Shown in pieces: positions 40,401 to 54,332 of a DNA stretch of 64,000 bases (positions within the stretch are counted from its first letter, which is position 1; each line of letters begins with the position of its first letter). Below the pieces are notes generated by a model. That model was not told the DNA's origin. It did not search any database and saw nothing but the letters and a program-made list of their open reading frames with translations. The stretch is from the human T2T-CHM13v2.0 reference genome, Homo sapiens, in assembly GCF_009914755.1 (NCBI RefSeq), contig NC_060944.1, one strand, 5' to 3'. The translations under genes were made by a program, and so were the position numbers.

Positions 40401-43400
40401 CGTCAAAGCCAGCCAAATATCCACTTTCAGGTTCCACAAAAAGAGTGTTTCAAAACTGCTCTCTCAAAAGACATGTTCAACTCTGTCAGTTGAGGACACA
40501 CATCACAAAGAAGTTTCTGAGAATGCTTCTGTCTAGTTTTTATGGGAAGATATTTCCTTTTTCACCATAGGCCTCATAGCGCTCCAAATGTCCACTTCCA
40601 GGGAATGGAAAAAGAGTGTTTCCAACCTGCTCTATGAAAGCCAATGTTCAACTCCGTGACTTGAATGCAACCATCACAAGGATGTTTCTGAGAATGCTTC
40701 TGTCTAGGTTTTATATGAAGATATTCCCGTTTCCAACGAAATCCTCAAAGCTATCCAAATATCCACTTGGAGATTCTACAAAAAGAGTGTTTCAAAACTG
40801 CTCTATCAAAAGAAAGGTTCTACTCCGTCAGTTGAGGACACACATCACGAGTAAGTTTCTGACAATGCTTCTGTCTAGTTTTTATGGGAAGATATGTCCT
40901 TTTTCACCTTAGGCCGGAAAGCGCTCCAAAAGTCCAGTTACAGACACTACAAAAAGAGTGTTTCAAACCTGCTCTGTGAAAGGGAATGTTCAATTCTGTG
41001 ACTTGAATGCAAACATCATAAAGAAATTGCTGAGAATGCTGCTGTCTGCTTTTTATACTTTATCCCGTTTCCAACGAAATCCTCAAATCCAGCCAAATAT
41101 CCACTTGCAGACTCCACAAAAAGAGTGTTTCAAAACTGTACTGTCAAAAGAAATGTTCAACTCTGTTAGTTGAGGACACACATCAGAGACTAGCTTCTGA
41201 GAATGCTTCTGTCCAGTTGTTACGGGAAGATATTTCCTTTTTCTAAATAGGCCTGAAACCGCTTCAAATGTCCGCTTCCAGATACTGCAAAGAGAGTGTT
41301 TCAAACCTTCTCTACGAAAGGGCATGTTCTCCTCTGTGACGTCAATGCAAACATCCCAAAGAAGTTTCTGAGAATGCTTCTGTCTGGATTTTATCTGAAG
41401 ACAATCCCGTTTCCAATGAAATCCTCAAAGATATGCAAATATGCTCCTGCAGATTCTACAAAAAGAGTGTTTCAAAACTGCTCTAGGAAAAGAAAGGTTC
41501 GACTCTGTTAGTAGAGGGCACACATCACAAACAAGTTGCCGAGAATGCTTCTGTCTGATTTTTATGGGAAGATATTTCCTTTTCCAACACAAGCCTGAAT
41601 GCGCTCCAAATGGACACTTCCAGATACGACAAAAGGAGTGTTTCAAACCTGTTCTGTGAAAGGGAACGTTCCATTCTGTGACTTGGATGCAAACATCACC
41701 AAGTAGTTTCTCAGAACGCTGCTGTCTGCTTTTTATATGTATTCCCGTTTCCAACGAAATCGTCAAAGCCAGCCAAATATCCACTTGCAGGTTCCACAGA
41801 AAGAGTGTTTCAAAACTGCTCTCTCAAAAGACATGTTCAACTCTGTCAGTTGAGGACACACATCACAATGAAGTTTCTGAGAATGCTTCTGTCTAGTTTT
41901 TATGGGAAGATATTTCCTTTTTCACCATAGGCCTCAAAGTGCTCCAAATGTCCACTTCCAGGGAATGGAAAAAGAGTGTTTCCAACCTACTGTATGAAAG
42001 CCAATGTTCAACTCCGTGACTTGAATGCAACCATCACAAGGAAGTTTCTGAGAATGCTTCTGTCTAGGTTTTATATGAAGATATTCCCGTTTCCAACGAA
42101 ATCCTCAAAGCTATCCAAATATCCACTTGGAGATTCTACAAAAAGAGTGTTTCAAAACTGCTCTATCAAAAGAAAGGTTCTACTCCGTCAGTTGAGGACA
42201 CACATCACGAGTAAGTTTCTGACAATGCTTCTGTCTAGTTTTTATGGGAAGATATGTCCTTTTTCACCTTAGGCCGGAAAGCGCTCCAAAGTCCAGTTAC
42301 AGACACTACAAAAAGAGTGTTTCAAACATGCTCTGTGAAAGGGAATGTTCAATTCTGTGACTTGAATGCAAACATCACAAAGAAATTGCTGAGAATGCTG
42401 CTGTCTGCTTTTTATACCTTATCCCGTTTCCAACGAAATCCTCAAATCCAGCCAAATATCCACTTGCAGACTCCACAAAAAGAGTGTTTCAAAACTGTAC
42501 TGTCAAAAGAAATGTTCAACTCTGTTAGTTGAGGACACACATCAGAGACTAGCTTCTGAGAATGCTTCTGTCCAGTTGTTACGGGAAGATATTTCCTTTT
42601 TCAAAATAGGCCTGAAACCGCTTCAAATGTCCGCTTCCAGATACTGCAAAGAGAGTGTTTCAAACCTTCTCTACGAAAGGGCATGTTCTCCTCTGTGACG
42701 TCAATGCAAACATCCCAAAGAAGTTTCTGAGAATGCTTCTGTCTGGATTTTATCTGAAGACAATCCCGTTTCCAACGAAATCCTCAAAGATATGTAAATA
42801 TGCTCCTGCAGATTCTACAAAAAGAGTGTTTCAAAACTGCTCTATGAATAGAAAGGTTCGACTCTGTTAGTAGAGGGCACACATCACAAACAAGTTGCCG
42901 AGAATGCTTCTGTCTGGTTTTTATGGGAAGATATTTCCTTTTCCAACACAAGCCTGAATGTGCTCCAAATGGACACTTCCAGATACGACAAAAGGAGTGT
43001 TTCAAACCTGTTCTGGGAAAGGGAACATTCCATTCTGTGACTTGAATGCAAACATCACCAAGTAGTTTCTCAGAACGCTGCTGTCTGCTTTTTATATGTA
43101 TTCCCGTTTCCAACGAAATCGTCAAAGCCAGCCAAATATCCACTTGCAGGTTCCCCAAAAAGAGTGTTTCAAACTGCTCTCTCAAAAGACATGTTCAACT
43201 CTGTCAGTTGAGGACACACATCACAAAGATGTTTCTGAGAATGCTTCTGTCTAGTTTTTATGGGAAGATATTTCCTTTTTCACCATAGGCCTCAAAGCGC
43301 TCCAAATGTCCACTTCCAGGGAATGGAAAAAGAGTGTTTCCAACCTGCTCTATGAAAGCCAATGTTCAACTCCGTGACTTGAATGCAACCATCACTAGGA

Positions 43401-46400
43401 AGTTTCTGAGAATGCTTCTGTCTAGGTTTTATATGAAGATATTCCCGTTTCCAACGAAATCCTCAAAGCTATCCAAATATCCACTTGGAGACTCTACAAA
43501 AAGAGTGTTTCAAAACTGCTCTATCAAAAGAAAGGTTCTACTCCGTCAGTTGAGGACACATATCACGAGTAAGTTTCTGACAATGCTTCTGTCTAGTTTT
43601 TATGGGAAGATATGTCCTTTTTCACCTTAGGCCGGAAAGCGCTCCAAAAGTCCAGTTACAGACACTACAAAAAGAGTGTTTCAGACCTGCTCTGTGAAAG
43701 GGAATGTTCAATTCTGTGACTTGAATGCAAACATCACAAAGAAGTTGCTGAGAATGCTGCTGTCTGCTTTTTATACCTTATCCCATTTCCAACGAAATCC
43801 TCAAAGCCAGCCAAATATCCACTTGCAGACTCCACAAAAAGAGTGTTTCAAAACTGTACTGTCAAAGGAAATGTTCAACTCTGTTACTTGAGGACACACA
43901 TGAGAGGCTAGCTTCTGAGAATGCTTCTGTCCAGTTGTTACGGGAAGATATTTCCTTTTTCAACATAGGCCTGAAACCACTTCAAATGTCCGCTTCCAGA
44001 TACTGCAAAGAGAGTGTTTCAAACCTTCTCTATGAAAGGGCATGTTCTCCTCTGTGACGTCAATGCAAACATCCCAAAGAAGTTTCTGAGAATGCTTCTG
44101 TCTGGATTTTGTCTGAAGACAATCCCGTTTCCAACGAAATCCTCAAAGATATGCAAATATGCTCCTGCAGATTCTACAAAAAGAGTGTTTCAAAACTGCT
44201 CTATGAATAGAAAGGTTCGACTCTGTTAGTAGAGGGCACACATCACAAACAAGTTGCCGAGAATGCTTCTGTCTGATTTTTATGGGAATATATTTCCTTT
44301 TCCAACACAAGCCTGAATGCGCTCCAAATGGACACTTCCAGATACGACAAAAGGAGTGTTTCAAACCTGTTCTGTGAAAGGGAACGTTCCATTCTGTGAC
44401 TTGAATGCAAACATCACCAAGTAGTTTCTCAGAACGCTGCTGTCTGCTTTTTATATGTATTCCCGTTTCCAACGAAATCGTCAAAGCCAGCCAAATATCC
44501 ACTTGCAGGTTCCACAGAAAGAGTGTTTCAAAACTGCTCTCTCAAAAGACATGTTCAACTCTGTCAGTTGAGGACACACATCACAATGAAGTTTCTGAGA
44601 ATGCTTCTGTCTAGTTTTTATGGGAAGATATTTCCTTTTTCACCATAGGCCTCAAAGCGCTCCAAATGTCCACTTCCAGGGAATGGAAAAAGAGTGTTTC
44701 CAACCTACTGTATGAAAGCCAATGTTCAACTCCGTGACTTGAATGCAACCATCACAAGGAAGTTTCTGAGAATGCTTCTGTCTAGGTTTTATATGAAGAT
44801 ATTCCCGTTTCCAATGAAATCCTCAAAGCTATCCAAATATCCACTTGGAGATTCTACAAAAAGAGTGTTTCAAAACTGCTCTATCAAAAGAAAGGTTCTA
44901 CTCCGTCAGTTGAGGACACACATCACGAGTAAGTTTCTGACAATGCTTCTGTCTAGTTTTTATGGGAAGATATGTCCTTTTTCACCTTAGGCCGGAAAGC
45001 GCTCCAAAAGTCCAGTTACAGACACTACAAAAAGAGTGTTTCAAACCTGCTCTGTGAAAGGGAATGTTCAATTCTGTGACTTGAATGCAAACATCACAAA
45101 GAAGTTGCTGAGAATGCTGCTGTCTGCTTTTTATACCTTATCCCGTTTCCAACGAAATCCTCAAATCCAGCCAAATATCCACTTGCAGACTCCACAAAAA
45201 GAGTGTTTCAAAACTGTACTGTCAAAAGAAATGTTCAACTCTGTTAGTTGAGGACACACATCAGACACTAGCTTCTGAGAATGCTTCTGTCCAGTTGTTA
45301 CGGGAAGATATTTCCTTTTTCAACATAGGCCTGAAACCGCTTCAAATGTCCGCTTCCAGATACTGCAAAGAGAGTGTTTCAAACCTTCTCTACGAAAGGG
45401 CATGTTCTCCTCTGTGACGTCAATGCAAACATCCCAAAGAAGTTTCTGAGAATGCTTCTGTCTGGATTTTGTCTGAAGACAATCCCGTTTCCAACGAAAT
45501 CCTCAAAGATATGCAAATATTCTCCTGCAGATTCTACAAAAAGAGTGTTTCAAAACTGCTCTATGAATAGAAAGGTTCGACTCTGTTAGTAGAGGGCACA
45601 CATCACAAACAAGTTGCCGAGAATGCTTCTGTCTGGTTTTTATGGGAATATATTTCCTTTTCCAACACAAGCCTGAATGCGCTCCAAATGGACACTTCCA
45701 GATACGACAAAAGGAGTGTTTCAAACCTGTTCTGTGAAAGGGAACGTTCCATTCTGTGACTTGAATGCAAACATCACCAAGTAGTTTCTCAGAACGCTGC
45801 TGTCTGCTTTTTATATGTATTCCCGTTTCCAACGAAATCGTCAAAGCCAGCCAAATATCCACTTGCAGGTTCCACAGAAAGAGTGTTTCAAAACTGCTCT
45901 CTCAAAAGACATGTTCAACTCTGTCAGTTGAGGACACACATCACAAAGAAGTTTCTGAGAATGCTTCTGTCTAGTTTTTATGGGAAGATATTTCCTTTTT
46001 CACCATAGGCCTCAAAGCGCTCCAAATGTCCACTTCCAGGGAATGGAAAAAGAGTGTTTCCAACCTGCTCTATGAAAGCCAATGTTCAACTCCGTGACTT
46101 GAATGCAACCATCACAAGGAAGTTTCTGAGAATGCTTCTGTCTAGGTTTTATATGAAGATATTCCCGTTTCCAACGAAGTCCTCAAACTATCCAAATATC
46201 CACTTGGAGATTCTACAAAAAGAGTGTTTCAAAACTGCTCTATCAAAAGAAAGGTTCTACTCCGTCAGTTGAGGACACACATCACGAGTAAGTTTCTGAC
46301 AATGCTTCTGTCTAGTTTTTATGGGAAGATATGTCCTTTTTCACCTTAGGCCGGAAAGCGCTCCAAAAGTCCAGTTACAGACACTACAAAAAGAGTGTTT

Positions 46401-48788
46401 CAAACCTGCTCTGTGAAAGGGAATGTTCCATTCTGTGACTTGAATGCAAACATCACAAAGAAATTGCTGAGAATGCTGCTGTCTGCTTTTTATACCTTAT
46501 CGCGTTTCCAACGAAATCCTTAAATCCAGCCAAATATCCACTTGCAGACTCCACAAAAAGAGTGTTTCAAAACTATACTCTCCAAAGAAATGTTCAACTC
46601 TGTTAGTTGAGGACACACATCAGAGACTAGCTTCTGAGAATGCTTCTGTCCAGTTGTTACGGGAAGATATTTCCTTTTTCAACATAGGCCTGAAACCGCT
46701 TCAAATGTCCACTTCCAGATACTGCAAAGAGAGTGTTTCAAACCTTCTCTACGAAAGGGCATGTTCTCCTCAGTGACGTCAATGCAAACATTCCAAAGAA
46801 GTTTCTGAGAATGCTTCTGTCTGGATTTTATCTGAAGACAATCCCGTTTCCAACGAAATCCTCAAAGATATGCAAATATGCTCCTGCAGATTCTACAAAA
46901 AGAGTGTTTCAAAACTGCTCTATGAATAGAAAGGTTCGACTCTGTTAGTAGAGGGCACACATCACAAACAAGTTGCCGAGAATGCTTCTGTCTGGTTTTT
47001 ATGGGAAGATATTTCCTTTTCCAACACAAGCCTGAATGCGCTCCAAATGGACACTTCCAGATACGACAAAATGAGTGTTTCAAACCTGTTCTGTGAAAGG
47101 GAACGTTCCATTCTGTGACTTGAATGCAAACATCACCAAGTAGTTTCTCAGAACGCTGCTGTCTGCTTTTTATATGTATTCCCGTTTCCAACGAAATCGT
47201 CAAAGCCAGCCAAATATCCACTTGCAGGTTCCACAGAAAGAGTGTTTCAAAACTGCTCTCTCAAAAGACATGTTCAACTCTGTCAGTTGAGGACACACAT
47301 CACAAAGAAGTTTCTGAGAATGCTTCTGTCTAGTTTTTATGGGAAGATATTTCCTTTTTCACCATAGGCCTCAAAGCGCTCCAAATGTCCACTTCCAGGG
47401 AATGGAAGAAGAGAGTTTCCAACCTGCTCTATGAAAGCCAATGTTCAACTCCGTGACTTGAATGCAACCATCACAAGGAAGTTTCTGAGAATGCTTCTGT
47501 CTAGGTTTTATATGAAGATATTCCCGTTTCCAACGAATTCCTCAAACTATCCAAATATCCACTTGGAGATTCTACAAAAAGAGTGTTTCAAAACTGCTCT
47601 ATCAAAAGAAAGGTTCTACTCCGTCAGTTGAGGACACACATCACGAGTAAGTTTCTGACAATGCTTCTGTCTAGTTTTTATGGGAAGATATGTCCTTTTT
47701 CACCTTAGGCCGGAAAGCGCTCCAAAAGTCCAGTTACAGACACTATAAAAAGAGTGTTTCAAACCTGCTCTGTGAAAGGGAATGTTCCATTCTGTGACTT
47801 GAATGCAAACATCACAAAGAAATTGCTGAGAATGCTGCTGTCTGCTTTTTATACCTTATCGCGTTTCCAACGAAATCCTCAAATCCAGCCAAATATCCAC
47901 TTGCAGACTCCACAAAAAGAGTGTTTCAAAACTATACTCTCCAAAGAAATGTTCAACTCTGTTAGTTGAGGACACACATCAGAGACTAGCTTCTGAGAAT
48001 GCTTCTGTCCAGTTGTTACGGGAAGATATTTCCTTTTTCAACATAGGCCTGAAACCGCTTCAAATGTCCACTTCCAGATACTGCAAAGAGAGTGTTTCAA
48101 ACCTTCTCTACGAAAGGGCATGTTCTCCTCAGTGACGTCAATGCAAACATCCCAAAGAAGTTTCTGAGAATGCTTCTGTCTGGATTTTGTCTGAAGACAA
48201 TCCCGTTTCCAACGAAATCCTCAAAGATATGCAAATATGCTCCTGCAGATTCTACAAAAAGAGTGTTTCAAAACTGCTCTATGAATAGAAAGGTTCGACT
48301 CTGTTAGTAGAGGGCACACATCACAAACAAGTTGCCGAGAATGCTTCTGTCTGATTTTTATGGGAATATATTTCCTTTTCCAACACAAGCCTGAATGCGC
48401 TCCAAATGGACACTTCCAGATACGACAAAAGGAGTGTTTCAAACCTGTTCTGTGAAAGGGAACGTTCCATTCTGTGACTTGAATGCAAACATCACCAAGT
48501 AGTTTCTCAGAACGCTGCTGTCTGCTTTTTATATGTATTCCCGTTTCCAACGAAATCGTCAAAGCCAGCCAAATATCCACTTGCAGGTTCCACAGAAAGA
48601 GTGTTTCAAAACTGCTCTCTCAAAAGACATGTTCAACTCTGTCAGTTGAGGACACACATCACAATGAAGTTTCTGAGAATGCTTCTGTCTAGTTTTTATG
48701 GGAAGATATTTCCTTTTTCACCATAGGCCTCAAAGCGCTCCAAATGTCCACTTCCAGGGAATGGAAAAAGAGTGTTTCCAACCTACTG

Positions 48789-51700
48789 TATGAAAGCCAA
48801 TGTTCAACTCCGTGACTTGAATGCAACCATCACAAGGAAGTTTCTGAGAATGCTTCTGTCTAGGTTTTATATGAAGATATTCCCGTTTCCAATGAAATCC
48901 TCAAAGCTATCCAAATATCCACTTGGAGATTCTACAAAAAGAGTGTTTCAAAACTGCTCTATCAAAAGAAAGGTTCTACTCCGTCAGTTGAGGACACACA
49001 TCACGAGTAAGTTTCTGACAATGCTTCTGTCTAGTTTTTATGGGAAGATATGTCCTTTTTCACCTTAGGCCGGAAAGCGCTCCAAAAGTCCAGTTACAGA
49101 CACTACAAAAAGAGTGTTTCAAACCTGCTCTGTGAAAGGGAATGTTCAATTCTGTGACTTGAATGCAAACATCACAAAGAAATTGCTGAGAATGCTGCTG
49201 TCTGCTTTTTATACCTTATCCCGTTTCCAACGAAATCCTCAAATCCAGCCAAATATCCACTTGCACACTCCACAAAAAGAGTGTTTCAAAACTATACTCT
49301 CCAAAGAAATGTTCAACTCTGTTAGTTGAGGACACACATCAGAGACTAGCTTCTGAGAATGCTTCTGTCCAGTTGTTACGGGAAGATATTTCCTTTTTCA
49401 ACATAGGCCTGAAACCGCTTCAAATGTCCACTTCCAGATACTGCAAAGAGAGTGTTTCAAACCTTCTCTACGAAAGGGCATGTTCTCCTCTGTGACGTCA
49501 ATGCAAACAACCCAAAGAAGTTTCTGAGAATGCTTCTGTCTGGATTTTATCTGAAGACAATCCCGTTTCCAACGAAATCCTCAAAGATATGCAAATATGC
49601 TCCTGCAGATTCTACAAAAAGAGTGTTTCAAAACTGCTCTATGAAAAGAAAGGTTCGACTCTGTTAGTAGAGGGCACACATCACAAACAAGTTGCCGAGA
49701 ATGCTTCTGTCTGATTTTTATGGGAAGATATTTCCTTTTCCAACACAAGCCTGAATGCGCTCCAAATGGACACTTCCAGATATGACAAAAGGAGTGTTTC
49801 AAACGTGTTCTGTGAAAGGGAATGTTCCATTCTGTGACTTGAATGCAAACATCACCAAGTAGTTTCTCAGAACGCTGCTGTCTGCTTTTTATATGTATTC
49901 CCGTTTCCAACGAAATCGTCAAAGCCAGCCAAATATCCACTTGCAGGTTCCACAGAAAGAGTGTTTCAAAACTGCTCTCTCAAAAGACATGTTCAACTCT
50001 GTCAGTTGAGGACACACATCACAATGAAGTCTCTGAGAATGCTTCTGTCTAGTTTTTATGGGAAGATATTTCCTTTTTCACCATAGGCCTCAAAGCGCTC
50101 CAAATGTCCACTTCCAGGGAATGGAAAAAGAGTGTTTCCAACCTACTGTATGAAAGCCAATGTGCAACTCCGTGACTTGAATGCAACCATCACAAGGAAG
50201 TTTCTGAGAATGCTTCTGTCTAGGTTTTATATGAAGATATTCCCGTTTCCAACGAAATCCTCAAAGCTACCCAAATATCCAATTGGAGATTCTACAAAAA
50301 GAGTGTTTCAAAACTGCTCTATCAAAAGAAAGTTTCTACTCCGTCAGTTGAGGACACACATCACGAGTAAGTTTCTGACAATGCTTCTGTCTAGTTTTTA
50401 TGGGAAGATATGTCCTTTTTCACCTTAGGCCGGAAAGCGCCCCAAAAGTCCAGTTACAGACACTACAAAAAGAGTGTTTCAAACCTGCTCTGTGAAAGGG
50501 AATGTTCCATTCTGTGACTTGAATGCAAACATCACAAAGAAATTGCTGAGAATGCTGCTGTCTGCTTTTTATACCTTATCGCGTTTCCAACGAAATCCTT
50601 AAATCCAGCCAAATATCCACTTGCAGACTCCACAAAAAGAGTGTTTCAAAACTATACTCTCCAAAGAAATGTTCAACTCTGTTAGTTGAGGACACACATC
50701 AGAGACTAGCTTCTGAGAATGCTTCTGTCCAGTTGTTACGGGAAGATATTTCCTTTTTCAACATAGGCCTGAAACCGCTTCAAATGTCCACTTCCAGATA
50801 CTGCAAAGAGTGTGTTTCAAACCTTCTCTACGAAAGGGCATGTTCTCCTCAGTGACGTCAATGCAAACATTCCAAAGAAGTTTCTGAGAATGCTTCTGTC
50901 TGGATTTTATCTGAAGACAATCCCGTTTCCAACGAAATCCTCAAAGATATGCAAATATGCTCCTGCAGATTCTACAAAAAGAGTGTTTCAAAACTGCTCT
51001 ATGAATAGAAAGGTTCGACTCTGTTAGTAGAGGGCACACATCACAAACAAGTTGCCGAGAATGCTTCTGTCTGGTTTTTATGGGAAGATATTTCCTTTTC
51101 CAACACAAGCCTGAATGCGCTCCAAATGGACACTTCCAGATACGACAAAAGGAGTGTTTCAAACCTGTTCTGTGAAAGGGAACGTTCCATTCTGTGACTT
51201 GAATGCAAACATCACCAAGTAGTTTCTCAGAACGCTGCTGTCTGCTTTTTATATGTATTCCCGTTTCCAACGAAATCGTCAAAGCCAGCCAAATATCCAC
51301 TTGCAGGTTCCACAGAAAGAGTGTTTCAAAACTGCTCTCTCAAAAGACATGTTCAACTCTGTCAGTTGAGGACACACATCACAAAGAAGTTTCTGAGAAT
51401 GCTTCTGTCTAGTTTTTATGGGAAGATATTTCCTTTTTCACCATAGGCCTCAAAGCGCTCCAAATGTCCACTTCCAGGGAATGGAAGAAGAGAGTTTCCA
51501 ACCTGCTCTATGAAAGCCAATGTTCAACTCCGTGACTTGAATGCAACCATCACAAGGAAGTTTCTGAGAATGCTTCTGTCTAGGTTTTATATGAAGATAT
51601 TCCCGTTTCCAATGAAATCCTCAAAGCTATCCAAATATCCACTTGGAGATTCTACAAAAAGAGTGTTTCAAAACTGCTCTATCAAAAGAAAGGTTCTACT

Positions 51701-54332
51701 CCGTCAGTTGAGGACACACATCACGAGTAAGTTTCTGACAATGCTTCTGTCTAGTTTTTATGGGAAGATATGTCCTTTTTCACCTTAGGCCGGAAAGCGC
51801 TCTAAAAGTCCAGTTACAGACACTACAAAAAGAGTGTTTCAAACCTGCTCTGTGAAAGGGAATGTTCAATTCTGTGACTTGAATGCAAACATCACAAAGA
51901 AATTGCTGAGAATGCTGCTGTCTGCTTTTTATACCTTATCCCGTTTCCAACGAAATCCTCAAATCCAGCCAAATATCCACTTGCACACTCCACAAAAAGA
52001 GTGTTTCAAAACTATACTCTCCAAAGAAATGTTCAACTCTGTTAGTTGAGGACACACATCAGAGACTAGCTTCTGAGAATGCTTCTGTCCAGTTGTTACG
52101 GGAAGATATTTCCTTTTTCAACATAGGCCTGAAACCGCTTCAAATGTCCACTTCCAGATACTGCAAAGAGAGTGTTTCAAACCTTCTCTACGAAAGGGCA
52201 TGTTCTCCTCTGTGACGTCAATGCAAACAACCCAAAGAAGTTTCTGAGAATGCTTCTGTCTGGATTTTATCTGAAGACAATCCCGTTTCCAACGAAATCC
52301 TCAAAGATATGCAAATATGCTCCTGCAGATTCTACAAAAAGAGTGTTTCAAAACTGCTCTATGAAAAGAAAGGTTCGACTCTGTTAGTAGAGGGCACACA
52401 TCACAAACAAGTTGCCGAGAATGCTTCTGTCTGATTTTTATGGGAAGATATTTCCTTTTCCAACACAAGCCTGAATGCGCTCCAAATGGACACTTCCAGA
52501 TATGACAAAAGGAGTGTTTCAAACGTGTTCTGTGAAAGGGAATGTTCCATTCTGTGACTTGAATGCAAACATCACCAAGTAGTTTCTCAGAACGCTGCTG
52601 TCTGCTTTTTATATGTATTCCCGTTTCCAACGAAATCGTCAAAGCCAGCCAAATATCCACTTGCAGGTTCCACAGAAAGAGTGTTTCAAAACTGCTCTCT
52701 CAAAAGACATGTTCAACTCTGTCAGTTGAGGACACACATCACAATGAAGTCTCTGAGAATGCTTCTGTCTAGTTTTTATGGGAAGATATTTCCTTTTTCA
52801 CCATAGGCCTCAAAGCGCTCCAAATGTCCACTTCCAGGGAATGGAAAAAGAGTGTTTCCAACCTACTGTATGAAAGCCAATGTGCAACTCCGTGACTTGA
52901 ATGCAACCATCACAAGGAAGTTTCTGAGAATGCTTCTGTCTAGGTTTTATATGAAGATATTCCCGTTTCCAACGAAATCCTCAAAGCTACCCAAATATCC
53001 AATTGGAGATTCTACAAAAAGAGTGTTTCAAAACTGCTCTATCAAAAGAAAGTTTCTACTCCGTCAGTTGAGGACACACATCACGAGTAAGTTTCTGACA
53101 ATGCTTCTGTCTAGTTTTTATGGGAAGATATGTCCTTTTTCACCTTAGGCCGGAAAGCGCCCCAAAAGTCCAGTTACAGACACTACAAAAAGAGTGTTTC
53201 AAACCTGCTCTGTGAAAGGGAATGTTCCATTCTGTGACTTGAATGCAAACATCACAAAGAAATTGCTGAGAATGCTGCTGTCTGCTTTTTATACCTTATC
53301 GCGTTTCCAACGAAATCCTTAAATCCAGCCAAATATCCACTTGCAGACTCCACAAAAAGAGTGTTTCAAAACTATACTCTCCAAAGAAATGTTCAACTCT
53401 GTTAGTTGAGGACACACATCAGAGACTAGCTTCTGAGAATGCTTCTGTCCAGTTGTTACGGGAAGATATTTCCTTTTTCAACATAGGCCTGAAACCGCTT
53501 CAAATGTCCACTTCCAGATACTGCAAAGAGAGTGTTTCAAACCTTCTCTACGAAAGGGCATGTTCTCCTCAGTGACGTCAATGCAAACATTCCAAAGAAG
53601 TTTCTGAGAATGCTTCTGTCTGGATTTTATCTGAAGACAATCCCGTTTCCAACGAAATCCTCAAAGATATGCAAATATGCTCCTGCAGATTCTACAAAAA
53701 GAGTGTTTCAAAACTGCTCTATGAATAGAAAGGTTCGACTCTGTTAGTAGAGGGCACACATCACAAACAAGTTGCCGAGAATGCTTCTGTCTGGTTTTTA
53801 TGGGAAGATATTTCCTTTTCCAACACAAGCCTGAATGCGCTCCAAATGGACACTTCCAGATACGACAAAATGAGTGTTTCAAACCTGTTCTGTGAAAGGG
53901 AACGTTCCATTCTGTGACTTGAATGCAAACATCACCAAGTAGTTTCTCAGAACGCTGCTGTCTGCTTTTTATATGTATTCCCGTTTCCAACGAAATCGTC
54001 AAAGCCAGCCAAATATCCACTTGCAGGTTCCACAGAAAGAGTGTTTCAAAACTGCTCTCTCAAAAGACATGTTCAACTCTGTCAGTTGAGGACACACATC
54101 ACAAAGAAGTTTCTGAGAATGCTTCTGTCTAGTTTTTATGGGAAGATATTTCCTTTTTCACCATAGGCCTCAAAGCGCTCCAAATGTCCACTTCCAGGGA
54201 ATGGAAGAAGAGAGTTTCCAACCTGCTCTATGAAAGCCAATGTTCAACTCCGTGACTTGAATGCAACCATCACAAGGAAGTTTCTGAGAATGCTTCTGTC
54301 TAGGTTTTATATGAAGATATTCCCGTTTCCAA
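48789..54332 (-). repeat. Tandem duplication of a two-HOR block (period 2,720 bp)
   Basis: Variant ORF pairs 49452/52172, 50132/52852 and 50812/53532; shared markers aagcgccccaaa and ggaagaagagag at +2720. Confidence 0.88.
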
